Positions 10,147-21,243 are shown, numbered from the stretch's first letter. The stretch is 64,000 nt of DNA from Nitrososphaerales archaeon (GCA_965197925.1 CBDAOC010000019.1:64001-128000), one strand, 5' to 3'. Notes: a model not told the origin generated them from the letters alone. A program made the numbers and translations.

Positions 10147-11178
10147 ATGCTGAATGTCAACATCCCAGTCATAAAAAATAAGTACGTCATCATATTGACG
10201 GTCCTTACACCGATCATTTTTCTCAAGGCGATAATAATCCTCTCACATCCAACATGTATTGGTTATGACTGTAGTACCTATATCAGAATACTTGAGCATC
10301 CTGAAGAATGGCAGAAAAGGCACGGACTCATCGAACCACTGTTTTTCGTCATTGCAAAACCATTGATGTTATTATCCAGTCCTGATGACACCATAAAAAT
10401 AATACAGTTTGGTGCACATGCCAATCTTGCAGTCGGCACGTTCATCCTGATGCGCAAGCAGTTTGGCATGAATTCCGCAATAATTGGTACATTGCTGGTG
10501 AGTTTCATCGCACCAATGAACGTGTATGTAACGGAATTGGTACGCAACATGATTTCATTGAGCATTTTTCCATACGTCCTTTACTTCATTTGTAATAATA
10601 AAAATGAAACACCAAGACAACATGCCTACATCCTGATATTATGCGCTCTAATGCTATTCGCACACAGATCATCAATCGTACTCATTGGAGCAATAGGCAT
10701 CTACATGATCTGGCGACATAGGAAGTCAATATTACATATCCCAATAATCGTGGTATTGCTGGCGGCTGTAATTGGTTACGGCCTGGCGATACAGACCACC
10801 AGTTCGGCAGCAGGAAGCCCGACACCAGGACATAATCTAATCCTGTTGTTGCTACCGTATTTATGGGTCCTGGTCCCGATATTCAAGACAAGGCTCCACC
10901 ATCATTGGATGGTTAAAATTTTACTGCTCTCAGTAATTCCCTCATTGGTAATATTCCCATTTGTAGGATTCAGCATGGCACAGCGATTGATAATGGAGAC
11001 ATACCTACCATTCACCTACATGCTGGTCATCTTTATGTCAACGTTATTTGAGGGGAGGACACCATCATCAATAAGATCGTCACACCTACGAATAATTGCG
11101 ATCACATTACTATTCGTATTGCTTATCATTGATACCCCTATCTCACTAACATTCCTGATCACCAGGTATGGTCGGTGA
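10147..11178 (+). CDS. Multi-TM protein, GT-C/EpsG-like glycosyltransferase candidate
   Basis: About 9-10 TM segments, GYD..TY in the first external loop, EP.F, RNMIS and HRSS motifs. Confidence 0.55.
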   Translation: MLNVNIPVIKNKYVIILTVLTPIIFLKAIIILSHPTCIGYDCSTYIRILEHPEEWQKRHGLIEPLFFVIAKPLMLLSSPDDTIKIIQFGAHANLAVGTFILMRKQFGMNSAIIGTLLVSFIAPMNVYVTELVRNMISLSIFPYVLYFICNNKNETPRQHAYILILCALMLFAHRSSIVLIGAIGIYMIWRHRKSILHIPIIVVLLAAVIGYGLAIQTTSSAAGSPTPGHNLILLLLPYLWVLVPIFKTRLHHHWMVKILLLSVIPSLVIFPFVGFSMAQRLIMETYLPFTYMLVIFMSTLFEGRTPSSIRSSHLRIIAITLLFVLLIIDTPISLTFLITRYGR

Positions 11179-11568
11179 TAGATATTGATGACCGGGTATG
11201 ATAATAGGTATGATGTAGATGATTATGGCTCTGTAGAAACCATGCCATAAACAATCAACCCATGCATGTTGTAGGCTATCACTTTGGATGTCAACCTGTT
11301 CTGCATCTTCACCAGTCTTGATGCCATATGCCCACCAAACATCCTCTTTACCACATTCATAATTTTGGCAGGCTTGCTCTATCATGGATAGGCATGATAG
11401 GGATCTAACAGATTGATCTCACTGCAATTCTATATTCTATATACAATGGGCTAAAATCGGTATTGGGAAATAATAGTGGGAAAAAGTGGTTGGGAATGGT
11501 TGTTTTAGAAACCAGAACTAAAAATACCGCTAATCCTATATGTCAAGTTGTTCAAATAATGTACCTTA

Positions 11569-12378
11569 ATGGTTGACTGGTCATCAGTTGTCATAATACT
11601 TCTAGGAAGTGGCGGAGTTGCAAGTTTAGTGGGTTCTGTATTAGGATATTGGCTTGATAAAAAAGCTAAAGAGAGGGCTGAAATTATTGAAATGGCTAAA
11701 TTCAGGATGGAAAAAATATCTGATAGAATTCCAGATTATGTTATTTTAATGAATCTTTGTCAATGGCTTTCTGTCTCATTGAGGCGTATCTGTGATAACA
11801 ATTCAATAAGTTCTGACCGAGCTTTTATGCTAACAATGTTTTGGTTTTATGTCAGCCTATTACAAAAATCTCGCAATGTTTTTCTATTCAGGGGGGGACT
11901 TTTACTAGCCGATCAAGACGCTGAAAGTGTTATTGCCGGGCTTTATAATATGTTTAAACAAGAAATGGACGCATTCAATTTTCTTGATGGTTCCAAGGTA
12001 CGCCAATTAATTAACGAGGATGATCCGCCGTCCGTATTGGAGCGAGTCATTAAACATGAATGTGAACCTAATCACACTGAAGCAAATGGTTATTTTGAAA
12101 CATTTGTAAATTGGGTTTGTTATCATGGAAACCGTTCAAAAATTGAACATGTTGCAGATGTCTTACAATGCATGCATGAATTGATAATGTTTGAAACTAA
12201 TTATACATTCGAGAAATGGTATAATAAGAGAATCACAGCGGCGGGACAATTAGGAAAAGAAACTCTTAACCTGTTATATGAAAAACCACTGCTTGGTAGT
12301 ATAAAGGGCGAAAAAAAGACTTTAAGGGAATCAAAGCCAGGTTATTTCAGAAAGATCTTCATAGATAGAAGATCATAA
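11569..12378 (+). CDS. Hypothetical protein with N-terminal TM helix (AT-rich insert in the element)
   Basis: 269-aa ORF, T-richer codon usage than neighbours, lacks the element motifs. Confidence 0.6.
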   Translation: MVDWSSVVIILLGSGGVASLVGSVLGYWLDKKAKERAEIIEMAKFRMEKISDRIPDYVILMNLCQWLSVSLRRICDNNSISSDRAFMLTMFWFYVSLLQKSRNVFLFRGGLLLADQDAESVIAGLYNMFKQEMDAFNFLDGSKVRQLINEDDPPSVLERVIKHECEPNHTEANGYFETFVNWVCYHGNRSKIEHVADVLQCMHELIMFETNYTFEKWYNKRITAAGQLGKETLNLLYEKPLLGSIKGEKKTLRESKPGYFRKIFIDRRS

Positions 12379-12550
12379 AAATTCCTAAAGCTTATCCCGT
12401 TGGTACGATGGGAACATTTGATTCCATCTTTAACATGCCAAATATATAGTATAACCACCTAATAAGCGTTATATCCTGTCATACCTAATATCATTATCAA
12501 ATCCATCCCATCTTTCTCCATTACTCATTAACTTGTTGCAATTGCTTATT

Positions 12551-12613
12551 CTACCATCCACCTACATGCTGGTCATCTTTATGTCAACGTTATGAGGGGA
12601 GGGCACCATCATC
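12551..12613 (+). repeat. Duplicate of 11005-11069 (3' part of the GT-C-like gene)
   Basis: cacctacatgctggtcatctttatgtcaacgttat..gaggggagg.caccatcatc present at both sites. Confidence 0.85.
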
Positions 12614-12621
12614 CAGATTTT

Positions 12622-12634
12622 AACGTCATAACCT
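12622..12634 (+). promoter_or_regulatory. Element motif A (AACGTCATAACCT)
   Basis: 32 nt before the ATG at 12654. Confidence 0.65.
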
Positions 12635-12653
12635 ATTACACCATTTCACAGTT

Positions 12654-13121
12654 ATGAGAAGCCAACTATTCCTGACAACCATTGGTATTATCACGGTCAT
12701 TGCCCTGTTGTACAATTATTCAATGGCACCAACATCATTAACACTGACCGACAGCGATCACTATTTTATTGGCGGCGGATTCTCGGGGAACACGACATCA
12801 ACGACAATCAACTACATGACGGTATTTGGTGATAGCGTATCAGGCACTTACGATGACACATACATCACCATGCCGCATAATGCAACACTGTCAAATCTGC
12901 ATGTCACACATCATGGCGCAATACCTGTAACCTTCACCTTGCATCACAATGGTACGGCAACAGGGATGACTTGCACGACAACAGGCATAATTCAGGACTG
13001 CTCCGACACGACAGATACAGTCCAAGTGGTAAAGGGCGACACAATAGCACTAGCATACACCTTGAGTTCAGGTGTTGATAGCGGTCATTTCAGGTACACA
13101 ATGGAGGTAGATCCAGCTTAA
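12654..13121 (+). CDS. Membrane-anchored beta-rich viral structural protein candidate
   Basis: N-terminal TM helix, Thr/Gly-rich beta domain with several N-x-T/S sequons. Confidence 0.6.
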   Translation: MRSQLFLTTIGIITVIALLYNYSMAPTSLTLTDSDHYFIGGGFSGNTTSTTINYMTVFGDSVSGTYDDTYITMPHNATLSNLHVTHHGAIPVTFTLHHNGTATGMTCTTTGIIQDCSDTTDTVQVVKGDTIALAYTLSSGVDSGHFRYTMEVDPA

Positions 13122-13127
13122 CATTTT

Positions 13128-13141
13128 TTTCTTTAATATAT
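13128..13141 (+). promoter_or_regulatory. Element motif B (TTTCTTTAATATAT)
   Basis: Upstream of the ATG at 13170; recurs seven times in the two viral segments. Confidence 0.7.
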
Positions 13142-13169
13142 CGATACAAACCCCGTATAGGAGTTACAA

Positions 13170-13487
13170 ATGCCAACACTTGACGCAGGCCTGTTTCTCA
13201 TCATATCGGCGATTGGGTTCATCTTCATGTTCGTTTCATCAAGAACCTATATCGACGTGGCGTTTCGCTTGATACCTGTTTTCCTGTTTTTCGGCCTTGG
13301 AGTAGCACTGATAGCAGAGTATGAGGTGTCCTATATCGCAGAAAGCACTGACGGCGCCACGACGGTCACGGAAACCAGGTACATACTGCGGAACAACACG
13401 GACTGGCTGGGATGGGTATATGTGATGCTTGGAACCTTTTCTATTGTCCTATTTTACAAGGAGATAATGTACGCAAGAGAGGCATGA
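13170..13487 (+). CDS. Small 3-TM viral membrane protein
   Basis: 105 aa, three hydrophobic segments, preceded by motif B. Confidence 0.65.
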   Translation: MPTLDAGLFLIISAIGFIFMFVSSRTYIDVAFRLIPVFLFFGLGVALIAEYEVSYIAESTDGATTVTETRYILRNNTDWLGWVYVMLGTFSIVLFYKEIMYAREA

Positions 13488-13505
13488 GGACAGGGGATGG
13501 CATAG

Positions 13506-13868
13506 TTGATACGGATACTGATGCGGCTATACCTACTGATGCTAGCAATCAATGTCTGCTTGGCATTTGTCACGGAGGCCTACGGTGAGGCAGGCATCAT
13601 AACGGACTTTGGAGGGTCAAGCAATCTTGAGATCCTGAATGAGAAATTCAAGTCGGAAACGGAGGACCTGTCACTGACAATCATCCCGCTTGGCGATTTC
13701 ATAGCAGCAGTACAATTATTTTTCAATATAATTGGTGGTGGATATATAATACAAATGTTGCAACTGTTCGACCTTTCGTCGACATTTGTAAGTGGCATAC
13801 AGGTGATAATCGCATTCATAACTGTGCTGGCGACAATCTACTTCATCTCGGGTCGTGGAAGCATGTGA
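13506..13868 (+). CDS. Small viral membrane protein
   Basis: 120 aa, N-terminal and two C-terminal hydrophobic helices ending in ..ISGR. Confidence 0.65.
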   Translation: MIRILMRLYLLMLAINVCLAFVTEAYGEAGIITDFGGSSNLEILNEKFKSETEDLSLTIIPLGDFIAAVQLFFNIIGGGYIIQMLQLFDLSSTFVSGIQVIIAFITVLATIYFISGRGSM

Positions 13869-13892
13869 AGGGACCCATATATTCTTGGCAAC

Positions 13893-13906
13893 TTTCTTTA
13901 ATATAT
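13893..13906 (+). promoter_or_regulatory. Element motif B
   Basis: TTTCTTTAATATAT; its C lies 33 nt before the ATG at 13929. Confidence 0.7.
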
Positions 13907-13928
13907 GGTAATCGGGGTTCATTCGACA

Positions 13929-14183
13929 ATGGCAGTTAACCTGATAATACGTTTCATCATATCAATGTTTGCCCTAGGACTTGGGATGTTCATTTTCATG
14001 CCAGTACTATACCAGCTTGCCTACAACGAGGACCTATGGACAGGCTTGCCCTCGGACGTCTTGCAGACACGTGACTACGTCTATAGTATCCTGATGGCGA
14101 TGCCGTTGATTTCATTCGGTGCGTTAATCCTCTGGGGGTACATGCGGGCAACAACGCAGGACCCCTACGAACAGTATCGCTAG
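13929..14183 (+). CDS. Two-helix hydrophobic protein, spindle-virus VP1/VP3-like capsid candidate
   Basis: 84 aa, helix (..FIFMPVLYQ)-loop-helix (SILMAMPLISF..) with Pro positions like fusellovirus VP1/VP3; start refined using motif B spacing. Confidence 0.55.
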   Translation: MAVNLIIRFIISMFALGLGMFIFMPVLYQLAYNEDLWTGLPSDVLQTRDYVYSILMAMPLISFGALILWGYMRATTQDPYEQYR

Positions 14184-14191
14184 GTGGTATA

Positions 14192-17100
14192 ATGGCAGGC
14201 AACGGACTGACATCCGTATTGATATGCGTAATGTTGCTGGTAGGGATGCCCTTCCTGTCGTTTTTCTCCACGGCACAACAGGCATCCCTACCATATGCGG
14301 AAGCACAAGGTCTTGAACTCGTGGAACGTGGCAGGGATTTTGAACTATATTGGAACGGCAGTACGGAACAACACACAATGGTAATAGGCGTGCCGACCTG
14401 GGTATTGGATGGTAGTGAAGGGGAAGGAGGATACAGGTCCTACACATTCAGGGAACTGGGAAACAATGTGGTCGAGGTAAAAACAGGACTGGTGTCAGGC
14501 GTGGTTTATGAGGATCATATGGAATTGTATGATCCCGACCTCACCGAACTGAGGGCGGTTGAAAGGCTTGATCTCCATATCGGCGGCAAGGTGACACTGG
14601 CATTTACAAGCCAGGTGGTTAGCCACGATACGAACGGCATAGACATAACCAACCACTATAACCTGGATCAGGACACCGTAACAATATGCACCATAAGCAT
14701 CACATATTCCTTCCAGGCAGGCAAACCCCTGTCCAGGCTAATAAGTGACAACGATTCATGCCCAAAGGGGCTATCAAAAGTACTTGACACCGTATGGCAC
14801 ATGCCGACAACAATTGATGAAGTGGATACGGCCAAATCAAATGCAACCAAATCAAGTGAATCAAATGACAAGCTATCATCGAAACCAATAACCAAGACAA
14901 ACAATAATGACATTGACAGCATACTGATGAAGAAAAATGACACGATGTGGATAAGGGAAGCCACCATGCCGAACAAGGACGTCCTTGATTCGATAAAGAT
15001 GAACAATAATAGCGTGAGATTCAGTTATGACCTTGGCCAAGATGGCATTGACTTCAGACATGCAGACACATACACGTCAGATAACCCAACGGTAGATGGT
15101 GATGTTACCGATAACGATTCAGATAGTGGTTGTAATGCAGGTGATGAAAAAATTACAAGTAACACATCACTTAGAGTTAGTAGGGGGAACTATATTGTTG
15201 CCTGTACTAGGGCATTCGTTCAATGGGATATAACCTCGATTCCTGACAGGGCCGATGTCACCAATGTCCAGTTTGGTTTTCAAATTACTGGTCCCAATAA
15301 TTCGTCAGGATGTGATTTCAAGGAGATGGACACGGAACCGGATCAGGCAAGTGCGGCAACCATATTCACTGACATTGGTGATGGCACTACATTCATCAAT
15401 TCAGACACGACATGCGACACGCAGGGCAGTAACAAGCTTGTTGACCTGGGCGTGGCTGCAGACGCAGATGTTGAGGCGCAGTTGTCAGCCGACTGGTGGG
15501 CGGTGGGAATAAAGCAGGATAATGAATCCACAATTGCAAACATGTATACATACTTTAGGTCAGAAGAATATACAACCGCAACCCCAAGACCGACATTGAC
15601 AGTAACATACACGGTTCCACCAAACAATCCACCTGTAGCAGACGCAGGCGACAGTAGGATAGTCAATGAAGGGAACAGGATCACCCTGGACGGCAGGGGG
15701 TCCAGCGACCCTGACGGTGATTCCCTGACATATTCCTGGACACAGGCTTCAGGTATCACCGTGACACTGTCCAACCCTACCGCTGTCAGGCCAAAATTCT
15801 TCGCACCGGAAGTCCCATCACTGAGAACCATGGTATTCGTATTGGTAGTCAACGATGGCACCGTGGACAGTTCACCTGACAGCGTCACCATATACGTTAT
15901 CAACACCAACGACCCACCGGTGGCAGATGCCGGTCCCGACCAGACAGTCGATGAAGGAACGAGCGTTACCCTGGATGGCGGGGATTCAAGTGACCCTGAT
16001 AATGACTCTATAACATATTCCTGGGTACAGTCTTCCGGTACCACAGTGACCCTGTCCAGCTACAGCACAACCAATCCAGTATTCACCGCACCATCCGTTT
16101 CAACACAAGCAGTCCTGGTATTTGCGTTAACTGTCAACGATGGCACAGTGAACAGCCAGGCTGACAGCGTTACCATATACGTCAACAATGTCGTGGTGAT
16201 ACCTACAACGGTAATACAGCCAATAAGACTCACACTTGCAAACACGGGCTCAGGGATAACCTACAGCGTGACGACATGCAGTGCATCACCATCAACTATT
16301 TCCGGTGACGGCATAACGCACAATATATCGGTAGATGCAGGCTGTAGCATCACGCTAACAAGTTCGATCAGCAGTACTACACGATATGTATTCGACAATG
16401 GTTCTATATCCAGGTCCTTCACCAGTTGTTCTTCAGGAACCTGTTCACTACAGTCACATGACTACTGGTACCAGCGCAATTCAGAGTTCGACATAACGAT
16501 AGTCTATGGCGGATTCATGCAGCCATTATTGAGTTACACAAAGACGGGCACGGCATTATCACAATTGTTGTCAATAGGCACAAATTCCATCTGGGCTGAT
16601 AACGGCACGCCCTGGACGGTGAGAAACCCGGAAGTATCAGGTGACGAGCGATTCATGAGCCAGGACTACACCAGTGGGATCATACCATCCATAAATGACA
16701 TGACATTCGTGCACCAGTTTAACAAGGGACTTGCATATTCACTGCCACTGGGAGGGACGCTGCCAGGCGTTCCCACCATCACATTAAGCCAGAACCAGGC
16801 ATCAATAAGCCATCCTCTTACACTGACAGTCACGGACACATGGACGGACGCAACGGGTTACACGACATCCACGATCAACAATGGTAATGAAAGATTCATG
16901 CCTCCTGGAGGTGGCGTGATAACGGACGCCACGGGTCTCACAATACCTTATTATCTGCAATATAGGTTCACGATAGGATTCACGATACACGCAGGCGGCA
17001 TGCCATTGAATGCAGCAGACAGGATCTATACCACATACGAAAATATGACCAATATAGTGATAGTGACATTTGACTCTCCAAGGTCACAGCAAATCTGGGC

Positions 17101-19128
17101 TGACAATTCCAACATAATGACATTACCACGGTTGACCACAACAAGCAATGCAGCAGAGCGGCATGTAACGCCAGGCGCAACCACCGTAACACCATCACCA
17201 GGAGGGTCGCACATACAGGTTTATTTCAACCAGTTGGCACTTGACCTCAGGACCACGGGTACACCAGTCCCGAAGCCAAGGATCACGTTCACGGGTAATG
17301 CGACCACAGTGGATGCACCACTTGGGGAAACACGGTCAACACTCTGGGCGGATCGTGGTTCAACATATACAATAGAAAGGACGGTAACGATTTCCCCTAC
17401 AGAGCGCTACAGCACGGACGCAGCAACGACAGCGGCAGTAACGGCAAGCGAGACACGCATAATACCATACCGGCATGATTTCCTTGTAGGCAACCTGGCA
17501 ACAAGCAGTAACTATGCAACCCAGAACGGCAAGGCGTTGAGGACCAAGATCACCAGTCTCAAGGTAACAATGTCAAACGGCACTTCGTTCACGGACCCCA
17601 TGGGGTGGCTTGGCCAGATGGACGGTGTAGGAACAAACAACGTGGACTGGTATGTATGGAATAGCATTAACAAGACAAATCCATCACCATTTACAATCGG
17701 TTCGGATACGACAATCACGCTACAGGGTCTTGCCGCAGACAACAACAACATCCAGATCGGCATTGACGGCAATGCAATAATCACGGCAGTGACATATGAT
17801 ACGTCCAAGTCCACATTCACCTGGACCGCTGGCATTGCAAGTTCCACAACAAGCGGCACATACGATCTTGTCGTGGACATGGTTGACGACACATACAGGG
17901 AAGAACCAACACTCCTGACGATCAACGAGGGAAGATATGCGAATACATCATCACGCTGGAATTATGATGATGAGAGACACATCTTTACATTCAAGAATGT
18001 ACGGTTCGATGACATACGATCAGAACCGGAACAATACAACAAGTTCATCCTGGGATTCTTTGCGACAGAGTTGACACTGGATATATGACGAATTCGACAA
18101 CACCAACTTCCTGGACGGCGACTATTGCGCCGAGGTGTTCGGGACACAGAACACGACCAGGACTAACCTATGCACGGACGGGCACAGCATAAATGCAACA
18201 ATCAATGGCAACGTGGAATACGTGAGGCTCACACGATCACCGCTTACGGATGACGGCTATTGGAGGGAGTTATGGGTGAGAGGTCCATCCTCGGGAAAGA
18301 CGACACTAGACTTCTTCATGACGAACCAGACAGATCGTAACCCAAAGGAATACAGGCTGTTCCTGCAGACGTCAACATCAAAATGGACCCCTGACGTAAC
18401 AGTATGGCACATCCACAAGCAAAGTGAACTGGTCGAGGACATCAGCATTGAGCGCCAAAGGATGGACTCGGAATTGAAGACACTGATGCACCTGGTTGCA
18501 GGGGAAACCTACAGGCATGAGCTATACCATATCAAGACAGGAGAGACACTGGAACTCGGGGAACTGAAGGCGGATGCAGACCTGAACAAGTTCTTCCTAC
18601 CGGAACTGGGCATTGTCTCACAGGGCGAGGTCTGGCTTGTAAACCATGTGCGTGCAAGCAACTACACGTCACTGATAGTGAACATTAGCAAGATCACACC
18701 ATCCAACATCAACCTGCACGTATATGATCTGATATCGACAGATACATGGTATAACCATACCGGTGTCACCCATATTGAACAAGTAATTCCGATCATGGCG
18801 AACAGGACGTACTACGTTACTGGGTATTCAACAAAGTCCCGAGAGTGCGGTGCTCACATTCTTCAGCCCACGCCAAAGCATAGGCATAAAGGCACTGGGA
18901 GGATTCTCGGAACTCGGCCTGGTATTCGGAGTCCCCATTGCAAACCTCTTCATCCTGTCACTGGCATCCGTGGCACTTATCAGGAACACATACATATTCT
19001 TCATAATCCTAGGTGCGGCATTGGGACTGCTCGGGCTGATTGGCATACTGTCAATTGATAACTGGGCATGGGGAATTATCACCGTCATAATAGCCATAGG
19101 TGTCATGATGGGACGTAAGAGTTCATGA
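14192..19128 (+). pseudogene. Giant viral adhesin/tail protein split by two frameshifts (ORFs 14192-18088, 18135-19058, 18850-19128)
   Basis: Signal peptide, DNRLRE-like domain (RAFVQWDITSIP...RSEE..PRPTLTVTY), two PKD/REJ repeats (NNPPVADAG), Thr-rich beta repeats, C-terminal TM cluster; frames join by +1 shifts near 18085 and 18820. Confidence 0.75.
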
Positions 19129-19152
19129 CACTGGAAGTGCAGTTCTATAATC

Positions 19153-19166
19153 TTTCTTTAATATAT
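19153..19166 (+). promoter_or_regulatory. Element motif B
   Basis: TTTCTTTAATATAT; its C lies 34 nt before the TTG at 19190. Confidence 0.7.
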
Positions 19167-19189
19167 GATCACAATCACTTCATATTATA

Positions 19190-19645
19190 TTGCCTTTCGG
19201 AATAAGGGACAGGATAAGCAGCATCACAAAAAAATACAAGGAAAAGCAGGCTTTAAAATACAAGACCAAGAAGGAACTTGACACCATTTATGAGGAAGCG
19301 AAGGCCAAGCAAATGAAGAAAGAGGTTGCGAAGAAGGCAAGGGAAGCCGCAAAGAAGGAATCACTGAGAACCTATCCAAGACAGTCACCAATAGACCGTG
19401 TTGTCGGTGGACTGCAAGCAATGAACCGTGTTATGAAAGCGACAGATTCGGATAGGAATCCATTTGCACATGGGGTAGAGGTAAAGAAGAAGAGGAGTAA
19501 AAGTAAGAGCAAGCGTAAGACCATGAGAAACTATCTACCACAATCGAATAACTTGCTTTACAACCATCCTGCAAGGCGTAACACAACCATCATCAATAAG
19601 GACCCATTTGAGGCCGAGGGCAAAAGATGGCTTGATGGCATGTGA
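19190..19645 (+). CDS. Highly basic viral protein (possible DNA-binding/nucleoprotein)
   Basis: Lys/Arg-rich 151 aa (KKKRSKSKSKRK), preceded by motif B. Confidence 0.6.
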   Translation: MPFGIRDRISSITKKYKEKQALKYKTKKELDTIYEEAKAKQMKKEVAKKAREAAKKESLRTYPRQSPIDRVVGGLQAMNRVMKATDSDRNPFAHGVEVKKKRSKSKSKRKTMRNYLPQSNNLLYNHPARRNTTIINKDPFEAEGKRWLDGM

Positions 19646-20034
19646 AAAGGCGCACGTTGGAAAATCCAATGTTATACAGGAATTTCATAAAATCCATACG
19701 GCGTAAGGTAGGCCATGACATTGACCACATCGACCTGGAAGAGATAGACCGCACATTGGAACCTGGCGAGGCAATGAACGAGTTAGAAGAAAAATATCCT
19801 TACATTAACCTTGGTCACATCCATAGAAAGTCAGACCCTATTTCTGAAGGGATGGAAGATCTCCAGCGCATGCATGATGAACGGTCACAACGTTCACGGA
19901 CAATCGACGGCATGAAGAAGGCTAAAACAGTTTTCAAAAATCCGTTCGACCCAGACATTGGAAAATGGATGAAAGACCCACATCGTTATGACGTCTTTGG
20001 GATTGACACACCAAAACGCAAAAGGAAAAAATGA
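19642..20034 (+). CDS. Hypothetical viral protein
   Basis: 130 aa, GTGA overlap with the upstream gene. Confidence 0.6.
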   Translation: MKRRTLENPMLYRNFIKSIRRKVGHDIDHIDLEEIDRTLEPGEAMNELEEKYPYINLGHIHRKSDPISEGMEDLQRMHDERSQRSRTIDGMKKAKTVFKNPFDPDIGKWMKDPHRYDVFGIDTPKRKRKK

Positions 20035-20073
20035 GGGGTTAAATTGGACAAACCAATTTTATAAATCTACTGA

Positions 20074-21243
20074 TTAATATCCAGGTAAAGGTGCCAGTTC
20101 AATTGGTTCAATTGGTTCAGTCGGTGTAGTAAGTGTCTCCTCTGATTCAGGCGCAACATCTTCTTCCGATGTGGAATCAATGCCAAGGAACTTATCAGCC
20201 TGTTCCCCGACAGAGGTAATGATGCCCGATAAGTTCGACATCAGTATTGCAAACCCGAGAATACCTGCAATGACAAGTATCATGGGTATCGATTTCTTCT
20301 GCCTTTTTGACAAGCGCTTGATCTCATCATGCCCGTGCTTGATCTCGGATGCAAATATGTAGACGATCATGGGGTCATAGGCACGTAGTCCCACCAATGA
20401 AAAATTTGTATTAATCATCATTGGTTGGCGTACCCCGTATTCCTGTAGCAGCAAAGTGACATCCTCCTTATTCTTGGTCTTCTCTACAAGTTTGGCAATA
20501 TCCTTCTTCTCTAATACCCTGGAGCCAGAATCCATGGGATAGAAGTATAGCTGTTGTCTTTTGGAATTATATGCATACCCTCTCCGTTGCTCAAGTATTC
20601 CATGCTTCGAAAAGGAGTGGCTCTTCCCAAACGGCAATTTAATGATGTCAATATGCCTGTTTGGCAGTTCAACAATGGCTGCGGCATTCCATCCTTTTGG
20701 AAACGTGGACTTCATGTTCTTACTGTACCTCTCGAACATCTTGCCCCTGTAATGCACTTCCGTAATCAGGGAAACAAGTCCATCGTCATCATGCTCACTA
20801 TATGAACACACAAACCGCTTGACACTGGCATCCAGGGAAGTGATATTATTGACACAGTCCTGGACATCATAGTCGGAATCACGGTCCCCATTATCAGATA
20901 CACCTTCCGAAACTGTTGCCTTGACCTCTTCATCTATGCGTCTCAGGTTCTGGAATGACTTGCATTCCATTAGCGTATCACATTCCTCCTTGGCCAAGAA
21001 TGACATGAGTTTGTTTACGGAATGTAAGTCAATAGGCTTCCCATTGGTAGAATCATAAAAGTATATCAACTGCTTGCCATACCTGTATGCGTACTTGCTC
21101 TCGACCTGGTAGACACCATACTTGCATACAAAGAACCGTCCCTTTATTGCACGCATTGATATGAACTCAACGGTCTTGTTGGGCATGATCAACACGGCGA
21201 TTGGGTATCGTGTGTACCTCATGTTAAAAACTGGTATCGTCAT
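20074..21243 (-). CDS. Viral membrane-anchored protein with an internally duplicated domain
   Basis: 389 aa, two homologous blocks, C-terminal TM helix and acidic tail, preceded by motif A on the - strand. Confidence 0.65.
   Translation of the reverse strand: MTIPVFNMRYTRYPIAVLIMPNKTVEFISMRAIKGRFFVCKYGVYQVESKYAYRYGKQLIYFYDSTNGKPIDLHSVNKLMSFLAKEECDTLMECKSFQNLRRIDEEVKATVSEGVSDNGDRDSDYDVQDCVNNITSLDASVKRFVCSYSEHDDDGLVSLITEVHYRGKMFERYSKNMKSTFPKGWNAAAIVELPNRHIDIIKLPFGKSHSFSKHGILEQRRGYAYNSKRQQLYFYPMDSGSRVLEKKDIAKLVEKTKNKEDVTLLLQEYGVRQPMMINTNFSLVGLRAYDPMIVYIFASEIKHGHDEIKRLSKRQKKSIPMILVIAGILGFAILMSNLSGIITSVGEQADKFLGIDSTSEEDVAPESEETLTTPTEPIEPIELAPLPGY

Noticed and set aside
15343..17925. Long antisense ORFs inside the adhesin (and similar shadows in hemA, glmS, ileS and the NHL gene)
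   Set aside because: Shadow frames of well-supported genes with no motifs of their own
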